Below are positions 1 to 12,548 of a stretch of DNA of 64,000 nt, one piece after another (positions within the stretch are counted from its first letter, which is position 1; each line of letters starts with the position of its first letter). The stretch comes from Azolla caroliniana (lineage: Eukaryota; Plantae; Polypodiophyta). Under the pieces are notes generated by a model. That model had not been told where the DNA came from. It ran no database searches and saw only the letters and a program-made list of their open reading frames with translations. The stretch spans positions 1,550,001 to 1,614,000 of the forward strand of contig JBHGNT010000013.1 of NCBI GenBank assembly GCA_043228905.1. Reading direction: 5' to 3'. Position numbers and translations under genes: made by a program.

Positions 1-581
1 ATAAAAGAAAAAGCTACACATGCACATCTAGCGTGCATAAACACTATAGTCGATAAAAACGCATCAAGTTAGAAAAAGAAAGATCACTTTAGAAAAAGCA
101 TGTTAGATAAAGCATATAGTCTATTGTTAGAGAAAATGCATGGATTATTAAGACTCTCTCATCACTATATAAGGATGGGGAGCACAATGTAATAGGGGGT
201 TGTGGAATAATTGGAATTTGGATATATTTCCTAAAACACCAATTAATAAAATATAATCATGGGATTCACAAAGTTTTATATCATCTATCTCTTCCAATCT
301 ATGATAAATTGTTATTAGGATTCCAAATATTAATAAATCTATTAATCTATACTTGTGGGATTCACAAGTTTTAAATATCTCTCGTTTAATCCAAATTCAT
401 ATTCTTATCTTAATATTGAATAATCTAATACAATAGACTCATGGGATTCATGAGGTTTCTATATCTGTTTCTTAAAATCTACTTATATTCTTATTAGCCT
501 TAAAACTCTCCTCCTCCTAGTCCGAAACCCCAACGGTTCCCACCCGACTCACGCAACGATCCGGAGCCGAAAGGCACGACA
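1..581 (+). mobile_element. 3' part of an LTR of the tRNA-Trp-primed Ty3/gypsy group (element extends left of the window)
   Basis: Positions 508-581 (..CCCACCCGACTCACGCAACGATCCGGAGCCGAAAGGCACGACA) match the reverse complement of the LTR ends at 55997 and 62137. It ends in CA and is followed directly by copia gag sequence. Confidence 0.8.
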
Positions 582-1611
582 ACGTCTCCCAACTATCCGG
601 GAGGGAACCGAGCAGGAGTAGAGCAAGTACCTCATCGGCGAGAGGTACTTCCAACGAGGTTGCTTGGTGTATCAGCCCCTGGAAGGCATTCATGTGCTCC
701 GCAATACTGGAGCCGTCTTGGTACTAGAGCCTCACTAGCTTCTGAAATACCGAAACCCAATTAACGGCATTCTTGTTCTAGAACATGATGTTGATCTTCT
801 CCCAGAGTTCATGAGCCTTGCTCTCTTCATTGAAGTTGTTGTACATGCTCATGTCGATGAAGCACCGGGTGTATGTCGTCATCTTCATGTGCATCACCTC
901 CCACACCGTGGCATCGATCTTATCCGGTCTCTTGTCCCCGAACTGAACCAGCAACCAAAGATCTTTAACCACCAGCATGTCCCTCATCTTCGACTTCTAC
1001 ACTGAGTAGTTGGAGCCGGTGAGCTTGAACATGCTGCCGAAAGATTCTTCCATTTTCTATGTTGTTCGCTCTGATACCAACCAGTTTGTCGAGAAATGCA
1101 CGGAATATCGTTAGGCCACAACCGAGTAGTAAGTCTCTTCTATAAGAATCAAACACAAAAATGGGAAATGGAGAGTACACAAAAAAATGACACGGGATGT
1201 TTACGTGGAAAACCCTAATAGGGAAAAACCACGGGAGCCCACAGACTCCGAACTATCACTATGAAGAGAAGGGGTACAATCAGAGACTCAGAGGCAACGA
1301 CCTCGAGCTCTGTTTCTTCGCACAGTAGCGGTTACAACAGAGTATCACTCTGTATCTCTCTCTCTCTGTACAACAGTTACAGCAATATAACAACACCACG
1401 ATCACAATCACATGCACTAAAGTGATTGCCCTAAGTCATATTTATAGTTATATGAACTTAGGGCTATTTACAAATATAGCCTCAATGGGCTTATTCAAGA
1501 CATATTTACAAATTTTTCTTCTCTTCTGGGTCTCACCGGGTCTCTTCCGGTTCTCACCGGGTCCTCTTTATTCATCACCAGATCCCATTTGGAGAGACTG
1601 ATTTCCCAACA
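582..1611 (-). mobile_element. Ty1/copia 5' end: LTR (~1087-1611), tRNA-iMet PBS (1068-1079) and degenerate gag N-terminus
   Basis: The minus strand starts TGTTGGGAAATC at 1611. The LTR shares the motifs GGCTATATTTGTAAATAGCCC and ATGACTTAGGGCAA with the copia LTR at 20867. PBS is TGGTATCAGAGC. ORF 778-987 reads as copia gag (ELWEKINIMF). Confidence 0.85.
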
Positions 1612-2843
1612 AGGATGAATACCAACGTTATGGGGTAAGGCAAGGTGATAAGCAAATGACCCAACCCGCTTAAGGATTTCAAATGGGCCACAATATTGTG
1701 GGGCTAACTTAGCACACTCGCCCGTAGACAATGACGTAGAGTCCGTAGGGACACGCAAAAAAACTTTTTGACCAATAGTAAATGCACGAGGACGTCTATC
1801 CTGATCAGCATAAAATCGAGCACGATCTTGAGTTGTCTTGACATTCTCTTTGGCAATATGCAACATTTGGTTCATGTCTTGCAAAAAATTGCATGTACTG
1901 TCTAATGTATCATGATGAATCACGACATCAACTAGGGCACATGGCTGAAAACCATACATCAACATAAAAGGATTATATCCAGTGGATGTATGTTTAGAGC
2001 TGTTATAGGAAAATTCTAAGATAGGAAGGTATTGCTCCCACTTAGAAGGGGTTTTTGCTACATAAGCTTGAAGCATGTCCTCAATAATTTGATCAACTCG
2101 TTCCGTTTGTCCATCAAACTGAGGATGATCTGCGGAACTCATGCTCAATGTAGTTTCTAGTTTCTTAAAGACTTGAGTCCGAAAGTCACTAGTAAACTTG
2201 GAATCTCAATCACTAACAATATCCACTGGTAATCCATAAAAACGAAATAACTCATCAACAAATTGATAAGCCAATTGTTGAGCAGTTACCGTGGTTTTGG
2301 TAGGAATAAATCTAGCCAATTTTGTTAGGTTGTCAACGACAACCCAAATGGCATCATGACCCCTTTGTGTATGAGGTAAACTAACAATAAAATCCATCGA
2401 GATACTTTCCCATTTGTTGTTGGGAATATCTAAGGGATGTAAAAGACCCGCAGCTTTAATTTGTTCCGACTTATTAATCTGACATTGTAAGCATTGAGTT
2501 ACGTATTTATGCACGTCAGAATGCATCTTAGGCCAGAAAAAAGTACTCGAGATGAGAACGAGTGTGCATTGTATTCTAGGATGACCAACAGATGGTGCAT
2601 CATGACATTCATGAAGAATTATCTGTTTTACGTTTGGTAAATCTGGAACACAGACCTTTCCACTACGGTAGAGCAAACCGTTTGTAATGTGAAAGGTCGC
2701 CTTCGAGGGTAGGGTGCTAGTATCGGAACCTAAACCAGATTCGGCTTTCATCCAGTATTTCGAAAAATAACTGCCATCAACGTATTTCCCTCGAAGGTGA
2801 TCTAAAAGATCAGATTTTATTTCCATGAAGCTAAGCATGTTAC
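1612..2843 (-). mobile_element. Host Ty3/gypsy (chromovirus-like) integrase region, disrupted
   Basis: ORFs 2206-2838 and 1495-2148 contain the HHCC zinc finger, ISMDF, HPQFDGQTERV and a GPF motif. The element continues at 16643 (ADALSLIKEV-NMLSF once the insertion is removed). Confidence 0.9.
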
Positions 2844-3034
2844 TGTCATGGATGTAGACGAGGGCAAGGACAAGTACGCAAGCTCAATATTAAGAAAGAG
2901 AGAAAGATAGATATATAGATAGAGAGGAGCATAGACAAGAGAGCAAGAGAGAGATAGATAGATAGATAGATAGATAGATTATATTATCGTCTTCGGAGAT
3001 CAAATATGACCTATGAGACCAAAAATATTACATT

Positions 3035-4199
3035 TCACGTGATACGTGTGAAAGTGAGTAGTGACTCTCGATGTTCAAGAACTTTACCAATGAATGTTGC
3101 AATCGAGAGTGCACATTGTGGTTGTGAGAGGAATTCATGCAAAGATTGGGCTCGATCGAAGAGATGTGGAAAGCATGGTCGAATATGGTCAAAGGCAGAG
3201 CATTGTATCAAAGTGTGATACTCAGACTCTCGAACTTGTTTAGGGCAAAGTGTGCATAGCCGACCACTCTCATCACTTGTACCCCAACGCCCTGTTTCAC
3301 ATCGCAATGCATGTGAGCTAAGTCGCATGGAAGCAATGGTTCGAATGGCAGATAACGGTATGGGCTTTAACATGTATGGATGTGTACGATTTCCCCGTTC
3401 CGCAAAGAATATGGTTTTGTAGTTAGGTGCAACATGTGTAGTATAATGTGTGAAGCGTGCGCCTCCACATTTGTCCCATGTCATGATACATTGGCGTTGC
3501 AAAAATGCCTCATTTACAGAGGAATCTAATGATGCATCATGAAGCAAGTGTCTCGCATCCCATCTACCAAACCATTTTTCTGTATCTTGCATCCAACCGG
3601 AACACAAAATTTTGCTTTTATGCGTCTTTTGGATCTTTTTGCTTGCTTCCCACGCAATTCTAGGAAGTCGATGTGAGGGACTTTTTTGAACCTTAAGCAT
3701 GTATTCAACAACCCTTTCCATGGCCATGATCTCAATGGGAAGTGATCCTGTCTCAAGGAGGAGGAGGGTGTAGGGCGTTTGTTTCTTAACTTGTAGAAAC
3801 TTGGTAAGAAAATGCTTTTGGACATTTTCAAACTCTTTCCACATAGACTTAGTGATGCTACCGCCCCATACTTCCACCCCATAGAGAAGAACTGGTGTCA
3901 CCAAAGTGTCAAAAAGATATTTCTTGAGGACCCAACACTTAATATCTCCAAGATTGCATGTGTTCTCAAATGCATAGTATGCTCGTTTGCCCGCCTCTAA
4001 GCGGCGTGTAGCACATGTCGAATACAAGTGTATAATGGACGTATTCACACTATCCCTTTCTATAGCCCAAGTTTGGGGCATTTGTGTAAATATCATAAAG
4101 GGTAGTTGCCCTAAGTCAGTCACTATATATAGTGACCTTGTAACCTTTTTGTAAGGTTGGATGTTGTATTATTGCTTTGTGAATAAGAAAGAGTCTATT

Positions 4200-4241
<42 letters not shown>

Positions 4242-7200
4242 AACGACCTACTTTCTGTCATACACAGGTATTCAGAAACGATCGAATGCTTCTTGATCTT
4301 CCGCACTGACGGCCCCTTGTCTCCCAACATCTGGTATCAGAGCCTGCACAGTAGTCGGTCCTTCAATCTGCTGTCGGCCGTCATCACCGCCTGCACAGCA
4401 TTCGGTTCTTCACTTCATCACGGCCTGCACAGTATTCGCGTCATTCGAAGAAAGAGAGAAGAAGAACAAAAACGAGGTTTGCACCTCATCGCGTTAGATC
4501 CTCTTGCTTGGAGTAAGCCATCAGGTTGTACTCTGTTCCTTGTGATCGTAACCGCTCGAGGTGAAATCCCCTTGTGCATCATTGACACGATCGTGCTCCA
4601 TTCGGTTAAACGGCATCCGAAAAGGTCATTAAACGCTGCTCGCCGCTCGTTGTAACCACTCGGTGCAGATCGGTCTCAAGACAACAACCCCAAATTCGTG
4701 CTTCATCTGGCTGATCGACATTCGGGAGGATCAGTTGGATTCGTCTCTCTCGTTGCTGCAGTCAACCGAAGCAAAATCGGTCCAGATAATCGGTTTTAAT
4801 AATCGGTATTCGGCATATATATCCGAAGCGAACCGGGCTCACTCCGACTCGGCAACATTCGGGAAGACCAGTCGGTTCTGTCCCTCAAGCTACCGGAGTC
4901 AATTCGAGCAAGTTCCGAAGCCGAACCGACTCGGGTTCAAATCCGACTAGAACGATATCGGGTGAGCCAACCGGCTGCACTCCAACAAGGTTCGTAGTCA
5001 ACTCCGAACCGAGCTTCGTCAACCGAAACCAAATTTGATGGCATCAACATCCGGCTCGTCAGAAATGAGTCTACGCAAGTTCGATGGATCGAACTTCAAC
5101 TTCTGGAAGGAACAAATGCAGGACTATCTCATAGTCAAGGGGCAAATCGATCCCATCGAAAATGAAGAACCTCCAGAAGGATACAAACCAATTGAGTGGC
5201 AGAAGCTGGACAGAATCGTCCGCGCCACGATTCGGATGCACCTATCGGAATCGGTATACTTTACGGTGCAATCGTGTACGACAGCATTCGAACTGTGGAA
5301 AACACTGTCGGACACTTACGAAAAGAAGGTCGCTGCAACGAAGATGTTTCTGATCCGGCGCCTCTACAACTTGCGGATGAAAGAATCCGATTCGGTTCAA
5401 GCACACCTCAATGAGTACGAAAGCATAAGCTCCCAAATCTCGTCACAGGGGACGGCAATCGAGGATGAACTCAGAGCAATGATACTCATGAGCAGCCTTC
5501 CCTCATCATGGGAAACTTTCGTCACAACCGTGTGCAACGCGTCAACCACGGCTGTTAAATACTCCGAAGTCACGAGCGCGATCCTGACCGAAGCAGCTCG
5601 GAGAAAGTCTTTCGCCAAAGACTCAACAGAAGACGCTTATGTAGTACAAGGTTCGACAGACCGATCGAACATACGAGGAAGAGATTCCTCACGACCGCCG
5701 AACAATCAGCGAAGACGGAGCCAGTCACGGGATAACCGAATCTGCAACTACTGCAAGAAACCCGGACACATCAAAGCCGACTGCCGCGCACTCAAGAACA
5801 AGAACGACAAGTCTCAGAGATCCGACAAGAAGAGTGGCCGGCATGAGGAGATCAATTACGTCAGCTTCTCAGCTGATGTGCTACCAGACGACCCGAATAT
5901 ACTATCAATCGAAAATCCAGTCGGATCAGAAGTTCTGCTCACGACTGAAGAATCGAGCACATGGCTCTTAGATTCGGGCGCGTCATTTCACGTGACTCCT
6001 CATCGATCCCAATTCCGGCAATATACGATCCGTCACTCCGACTCAGTTCGAGTCGGCAACTCACAACACTGTGACATCATCGGAATCGGCACAGTAGAGC
6101 TCAACCTTGCAGGGGGCTCTACACTTGTACTCCACAATGTCCGACATGTACCCGAGCTCTCAAGGCCATTGATCTCAGTCGGACAACTAGATGAAGACGG
6201 CATTCGTGCCGGTTTTTCTTCGGGAGGGTGGACACTCCACAGGGGGAACCTCCTGCTTGCTAGAGGACCCAAGATACACTCATTGTATCCGTTACATGTT
6301 ACGCTCAGAGAGGGTAACCTGTTTTTGGTGGATATTCCTGTGTCATCACTATGGCACAGAAGATTAGGACACCTCAGCAAGGCCGGCATTACGCATCTAT
6401 CTAGAGCCGGATACATCCCCAAACTCTCCTTCTCCGACCATCAATTCTGCGAGCATTGCCAGTATGGCAAACAAGCAGCCGCAACACACCCGACATCAGC
6501 ACCAAGAGACACGAGACCTCTCGACTTAGTCCACTCGGACGTCTGTGGCCCAATGCTGCATCAGTCTCTCGGCGGTGCCTCTTACTTCGTCACTTTTATT
6601 GACGATTCGACTCGAAAGGTGTGGGCTTATCCGATTCGCACCAAAGATCGGGTCTTCTCGATCTTCTCAGATTGGCTCGCTATGGTAGAAAATCAAACCG
6701 ACCGAAAACTGAAATGCTTTCGGACAGACAATGGGGGAGAGTTCAAATCAGAAGAATTCGTCAAATTCTGCCGGCAACGCGGCATTCGACGTGAATTTAC
6801 GGCACCACACAGTCCGGAGCAAAACGGGATTGCCGAACGCATGAATCGGACAATCCAAGAACGGATAGTTTCCATGCTCCAACACTCCGGACTGTCGGAT
6901 GGCTTCTGGGCAGAGGCTCTACTCACGGCAGTACACATAATCAATATGTCGCCAAGTAGACCTCTAGGACTTCAAATTCCTCAGGAACTATGGATCGGCA
7001 GTAAGCCGAATTACGACAAGCTGAGGATCTTCGGATGCGAGGCGTACGCCCTTATTCCGAAAGATGATCGCCGAAAACTTGCACCTCGGTCCAGGAAATG
7101 CATTTTCCTTGGATATGGATCCGACGGCGAAATGGGATACCGACTCTGGGACCCCGAACGCAGGCAAATCGTTCGAAGTTCGGACGTTGTGTTCAACGAG

Positions 7201-10200
7201 TCGGCTATGAATCCATCAGTCGAAAAACCGATCGAAGTCCGAAGGGTAACGTTTTCCGATGTGCCGACCCTTCAAGAAGGCCCCGCTCTCAACACACGGT
7301 CAGCTTCACGGGTAGCTGAACCTTACACTACCGACTCGGACAACTCCGACTCGGCACAGCAGAACAATCCGCTTTCGGACCATCCGACCTCGATACCCGA
7401 TGCGACCAGTCCAATCATACCTCGACGATCCGAGAGACTGTCGCAACCTCCGGAGAGGTACTCTCCTGGAATTTTCTTCACCGACGCCGGCGAACCGACG
7501 TCTTACGAAGAAGCATCGACATCTGTCGATTCCGCCACCTGGCATCTGGCGATGGAGTCGGAAATGCACTCCATTCGGGCAAACAAGACTTGGGATCTGG
7601 TCGAATTACCTAGGAACCGACGTGCTCTTCCTTGCAAGTGGGTTTATCGACTAAAAGAGACGTCTGATTCGACCACCCCAAAGTACAAGGCCAGATTAGT
7701 TGCGAAGGGCTTCCGACAAGAATATGGCGTCGACTTCGACGAGATTTTTTCACCAGTGGTGAAAATGACAACCCTTCGTTTTCTGCTCGGCGTCGTGGCA
7801 GCCGACAACTTGGAGCTGATTCAGCTAGATGTCAAAACAGCCTTCCTCCATGGTGATCTCGAGGAGGAAATTTATATGGAGCAGCCAAAAGGCTTCGTGG
7901 CAACTGGCCAAGAACATCTAGTCTGCCGACTCAAGAAGAGCCTATACGGCCTCAAACAGGCACCGCGACAATGGTACAAGAAGTTCGACGACTTCATCTA
8001 ATCGATCGGCTTCTCCAAAAGCGATGAGGACCATTGTCTCTTCACCAACACAGCTCAAGATGGATCACCCATCTTCCTCATCATTTACGTGGACGACATG
8101 CTAATTTCTGGACGCCACGCGGGCGAACTTGCCGATCTCGTTCGGCAACTGCGGTTGAAGTTTGCCATGAAGGACCTCGGTCCGGCACGACACATCCTTG
8201 GCATGAAAATTAGTCGGCATCACGATAAACGACATCTCTTTTTGTCTCAGACCGACTATATCGGACGTGTCTTGGAACGCTTCAACATGCAATCAGCCAA
8301 ATCTGCTTCAACCCCGCTCCCAATGAATCTTTTTGCTTGCTTCCCACGCAATTCTAGGAAGTCGATGTGAGGGACTTTTTTGAACCTTAAGCATGTATTC
8401 AACAACCCTTTCCATGGCCATGATCTCAATGGGAAGTGATCCTGTCTCAAGGAGGAGGAGGGTGTAGGGCGTTTGTTTCTTAACTTGTAGAAACTTGGTA
8501 AGAAAATGCTTTTGGACATTTTCAAACTCTTTCCACATAGACTTAGTGATGCTACCGCCCCATACTTCCACCCCATAGAGAAGAACTGGTGTCACCAAAG
8601 TGTCAAAAAGATATTTCTTGAGGACCCAACACTTAATATCTCCAAGATTGCATGTGTTCTCAAATGCATAGTATGCTCGTTTGCCCGCCTCTAAGCGGCG
8701 TGTAGCACATTCATTCCATCTATGATTTGAAGGAACTTCAAGGCCAAGATATTTGAAGCTTTCCACACATTCAAGTGGCTCATTGTTGTACATAATGCAT
8801 GGTTTATCTCTTTTTTGGCTCTTCACAAGCATAATCTTTGTTTTAGAGCTATTGACACTTAATTTAGTATGCATGCAAAATTTTTCCAATGCCTTCATAA
8901 GCTTTTGTGCATCTCCTAAAGTATTTGCAAAAAGCACTACGTCATCTGCATATAGCAAAAGCATAATCACAACATTCCCAATGGCAACTTCTTCAACACA
9001 TTCTTCCTTTGCAAACTTGGTAACCATTTCTTCCAATTCATCAATGCATAGACCAAATAGTGTTGGTGAGAGTGGGCATCCTTGCTTAACACCAATAGTG
9101 CTTTTGAAAAAATCTGAAAGTTTATCTCTCATGCGCACACAACATATAACCTTCTCATAAATTCGGGAAATTGCAAGCATATATTCACTTGGCACCTCAA
9201 GTTCTTCCATTCGCCTCCAAAGATGCTCACGAGGTACCATATCAAAAGCTTTCTTGAAGTCTACAAAGCAACAATATAAACCTTTACCTCTAAGGCGACT
9301 TTCCTCCATTAATACTCGAAGGGTGATAAGGTGATCAATGGTGCTATGGTGTTTCCGAAAGCCAGCTTGTCCATAAGCTCTCTTACCACTTTTTTCAGCC
9401 CATACACTTATCTTTGATTCCATTATACATCCAAATAGTTTTGCCATTAATGAGCCAACCATGATGGTTCGATAGTTGTTTACATTATTTATATCTCCAC
9501 CTTTATGTAAAGGTTTGATCCAATTTGTAGTCCAATCGTACGGCATACCATGTTGCAATGCATCATTAAACATATCGCTTATCCATATATGTGCTTCCTT
9601 TCCCGTCCATTTGAGCATTTCAGCCTTTATACATTGAAGATCGCTTGCCTTTCGAGAGGCCAATTTCTTAAGTCCTATGCATATATCTTCAATTGTAAAG
9701 AAGGAAGGCATATGTGAAAGAGAACCATAACACATCATCTTTCCGGCAAGAGATAACTCATATAAATTCTTACAATGCATAGACAAGTCGTGAAGAGTTA
9801 AGTCACCATAACTCTCAACACGTTTTCCCTTTAGATTTCCCCAAAATTTAGCACATGCATGTGCTTTCTCTTGCGTTTGGATAAATTGTTGAGTAACTTC
9901 CCATATTCTTCTCTTTCTTTGAATAAGCCTTTTATACTCATGCAAATGCTTTTGGTAATTCTCTTTATCCTTAACTACATCCAAAACCATAAGGCACTTT
10001 CGAGCTTCACGACATTCTTTATCAAACCATTTTTTCCTAAGTTTCTTGGTGCATTTCCAAGATGTGCGGTTGGTCGAAAAACATTTGTTTGTACATGAGA
10101 GAATGACTTTCTTGAAAGCTTCCCATTTGCATTCTAGTGTGGCACCATGTTGTATCTTTGTCATTTGTAACATATCCTCAACCATCTTGGAATACATGGG

Positions 10201-11103
10201 TGCTCGCTTAAGGTTCATGCTCAAGTGCGGTTGTTTATTATCTTCAATAGCCTTCTCACAATCAAACCTATGCATACATTTGAGATCAATACATAAAGGC
10301 CTATGATCTGATTCCGGTGTCCATTCACCAAGTGAGAATTTATGTATACGATCCAAAATACCTTCGGAAAGTAGCACATAATCAATCACACTATTTCCGT
10401 TGTATTTTCTACATGTAAAACCATTAGTGTTGGGCCATAAGGAAATACCATTTGCAATAAGCAATCCGGTACTATTGCACATTTGTAGGAGTAACTTCCC
10501 AAATTGGTCCGGATCTTTTTCATCGCTAGAAGAGCGGTTATACATTTGCATATCCTCTTGCATCCTTGAGATATGTGGCATGAAAGATTCTTGTGAATCA
10601 AGTTGGAAACTTCTTGTACGAGCATTCATGTCACCAAAGACAATAACTTCCCCTTTGGATTTGAAATAAGCAATATCATCTTCTAGATTGGCAAACGGTT
10701 GATCTTTATCCAAACAAGCATAAAAGTTAGAATCTTGATGAGGAATGTAACATCCAACAACAAAAGTGGGCAAATCATTAGGTGTTTCTATTTTGAGCCA
10801 TATGTAGCATTTATTTTCATCATTTTTTATGATTGACACATATTTCTCTGTTTCCTTCTTAATCAAACATGCCACCCCTCCTTGTCCTCTTCTTTGTCTT
10901 GGATTTTTCTTCCATATCAAAGAGTGTACATTATAGTTTCCTAAACCTTGAATCCTTTGAGTATCATGCTCCCATGTTTCAACAAGAAGTGTGATATCCG
11001 AGTCATTGGTGAACTCCTCTATGCCAAATCCCGCATTCCATGGGTATCCATTGCAATTCCAAAAGCATAGTCGTAAAAGGCGTGGGTTAGTCTCATAGAT
11101 CAC
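3035..11103 (-). CDS. LINE ORF2 (APE endonuclease, reverse transcriptase, CCHC finger), split by a copia insertion. Joining 11103-8327 with 3632-3035 gives a stop-free frame of 1124 codons
   Basis: APE motifs WNCNG, VETW, GDMNA, IDY, SDH. RT motifs QAGFR, FVDFKKAFD, GVKQGCPLSP, YADD, FKYLG. ORFs 8308-11103 and 3035-4123 overlap through a 384-bp duplication. Confidence 0.92.
4016..8330 (+). mobile_element. Ty1/copia element (Tork/Tnt1-like), 3'-truncated: 5' LTR 4016-4329, PBS 4332-4343
   Basis: TG..CA LTR followed by TGGTATCAGAGC and gag-pol. It ends abruptly in RT (STPLPMNL) with no RNase H or 3' LTR. Confidence 0.92.
5038..8330 (+). pseudogene. Copia gag-pol polyprotein with a premature TAA at 7999-8001 and 3' truncation
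   Basis: CCHC knuckle CNYCKKPGHIKADC, protease LDSGAS, GAG-pre-integrase WHRRLGH, integrase VHSDVCG/RTDNGGEF/GIAERMN, RT LDVKTAFL and YVDDM. Confidence 0.92.
8327..8710. repeat. 384-bp direct duplication of 3633-4016 (LINE ORF2 sequence) flanking the truncated copia
   Basis: Identical sequence at an offset of 4694; ORFs 3812-4000 and 8506-8694 translate identically. Confidence 0.95.
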
Positions 11104-11109
11104 GTGTCC

Positions 11110-11979
11110 CTATTTGCCTACATTTCCATCTTTAGGCACATCCTTAACCTTGTTTTTCAATCTTTCTTCATATGCTTTACGACGAGCATTTTGTTGTGAG
11201 ATAGTACGATCTTCACTCACAAAGCATTGTGTACCTTTGAGGTATACCCAACTATTTTCGAGTATGATCCGCCGCTTTGTATCATCTGTCATTGTGCATA
11301 CAATAGGCCTTTCTCCGGAGCGAGTAACACCATGTTTCCCAACTCGGTGTGCCCCATATACATTCACATCTGACATCCCATAATGCATGCTAAAAAATTC
11401 ACCAATGGCCTTTCCAAGGGATGCGGGTGTTTCCATACTCTCTTCTTTAATCCCACGGACGACAATGTTCTTTGATCGTCGTTCGCGTTCTTTCAATTCT
11501 CGGACATCTATGCTTTCTATATTCTTCTCTTGATGCATCACATGCATATTAGATGAGTTTGATAACACATCCCCACCACATACATCGGCCCATGACTTCG
11601 TTGTACATACATTTTTCATCTCACTTACATCCCGCCTCATTGTATCCAATTTTTCTTCTTTTAATGCTTCCTTTAACTCAATCTTGTTAAGGCGCTCATT
11701 TGTTTCAAATGAAGCTCTTTTACATTCTTGAATCTCTTCTTGAAGTTTTGCAACCACTTGTTTAAGACTTTCATTCTCAATGACAACACTTTGGAGCTTA
11801 GTATTCTCTTTCATTAACATCCTAATCTCTTCACCTTGCTTGTTTATGGTTTCTTGAAGAGAAATCAAGTGACTCATAAGCATTTTGTCCATTGCATTAG
11901 AATCGAGATTTGTTGGTGATCTCGGCTCATTATCAATCATACCCCCAAACTTTGCGGCGGTTTTACGAGTATTTGCCAT
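11110..11979 (-). CDS. LINE ORF1 (coiled coil plus RRM/CTD-like region), 289 aa
   Basis: Heptad-rich N-terminal half, then RRSKNIVVRGIKE..AHRVG..RPIV..VSED, the typical LINE ORF1 RRM/CTD pattern. Confidence 0.85.
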   Translation of the reverse strand: MANTRKTAAKFGGMIDNEPRSPTNLDSNAMDKMLMSHLISLQETINKQGEEIRMLMKENTKLQSVVIENESLKQVVAKLQEEIQECKRASFETNERLNKIELKEALKEEKLDTMRRDVSEMKNVCTTKSWADVCGGDVLSNSSNMHVMHQEKNIESIDVRELKERERRSKNIVVRGIKEESMETPASLGKAIGEFFSMHYGMSDVNVYGAHRVGKHGVTRSGERPIVCTMTDDTKRRIILENSWVYLKGTQCFVSEDRTISQQNARRKAYEERLKNKVKDVPKDGNVGK

Positions 11980-12245
11980 TGTAGGGACAAACCGTACGGG
12001 AAAAGAGAGACAAAGAGGGAAGGAGAGAGAATGTACCTTTCACTCGATTTAGGGCTTCAAAATCTACCTTCCGTTTGAGGAACCGTGGGGCAAAGATGGC
12101 TGCGGATGAAAATGCTCATAACTTCTCGCCACGGTAACGGAATTCAGTAAATGAACATTCTTTAGAAAGCTCTCTCAAAGAGCTTTCCAACGAGCTATAG
12201 AACGTAGAAAACGATGGACGGAGTGAACTTACAGAGAGCTTTGAA

Positions 12246-12279
<34 letters not shown>

Positions 12280-12478
12280 GGGGGGGGGGGGGGTAGACAA
12301 AAGAGCGAGAACTAAATTATGCTTCCGTAATTGGTGGTATGCATGTAAGCTAGGAAACATCTAGAGAATCCATGGAAACTTCTAGAGAGTGCATGTCTAT
12401 GCATTCTCTAGAAGTCTCTTGAAAGTTCTAGTGATTAACTTACAATGTAATAAGTTGAAACTTATAATAATGCATTGC

Positions 12479-12548
12479 TGGAATGTAGCTCAATTGGTAA
12501 GGGTGCCCAATAAGACCAAGAGGTCATGGGTTCAACCCTTACATTCCA
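12479..12548 (+). promoter_or_regulatory. tRNA-like Pol III A/B-box cassette in the 3' LTR of the Tcn1-like element
   Basis: TGGAATG/CATTCCA acceptor-like stem, A box TAGCTCAATTGG, B box GGTTCAACCC. Confidence 0.6.

Larger units (their letters stand above)
2953..12246 (-). mobile_element. Non-LTR retrotransposon (LINE), RTE-X-like, apparently full length, with a (TCTA)n 3' tail
   Basis: ORF1 plus an APE-RT ORF2 with C-terminal SSHALRCETGRW..CTLC..ESEYHTLIQC. A short 3' UTR (2980-3034) is followed by (GATA)n on the + strand. The 5' end lies in a (GA)n tract. Confidence 0.9.

Noticed and set aside
12479-12548. Functional tRNA gene
   Set aside because: D and T stems are incomplete and the anticodon arm differs between the two LTR copies; kept only as a tRNA-like promoter cassette.
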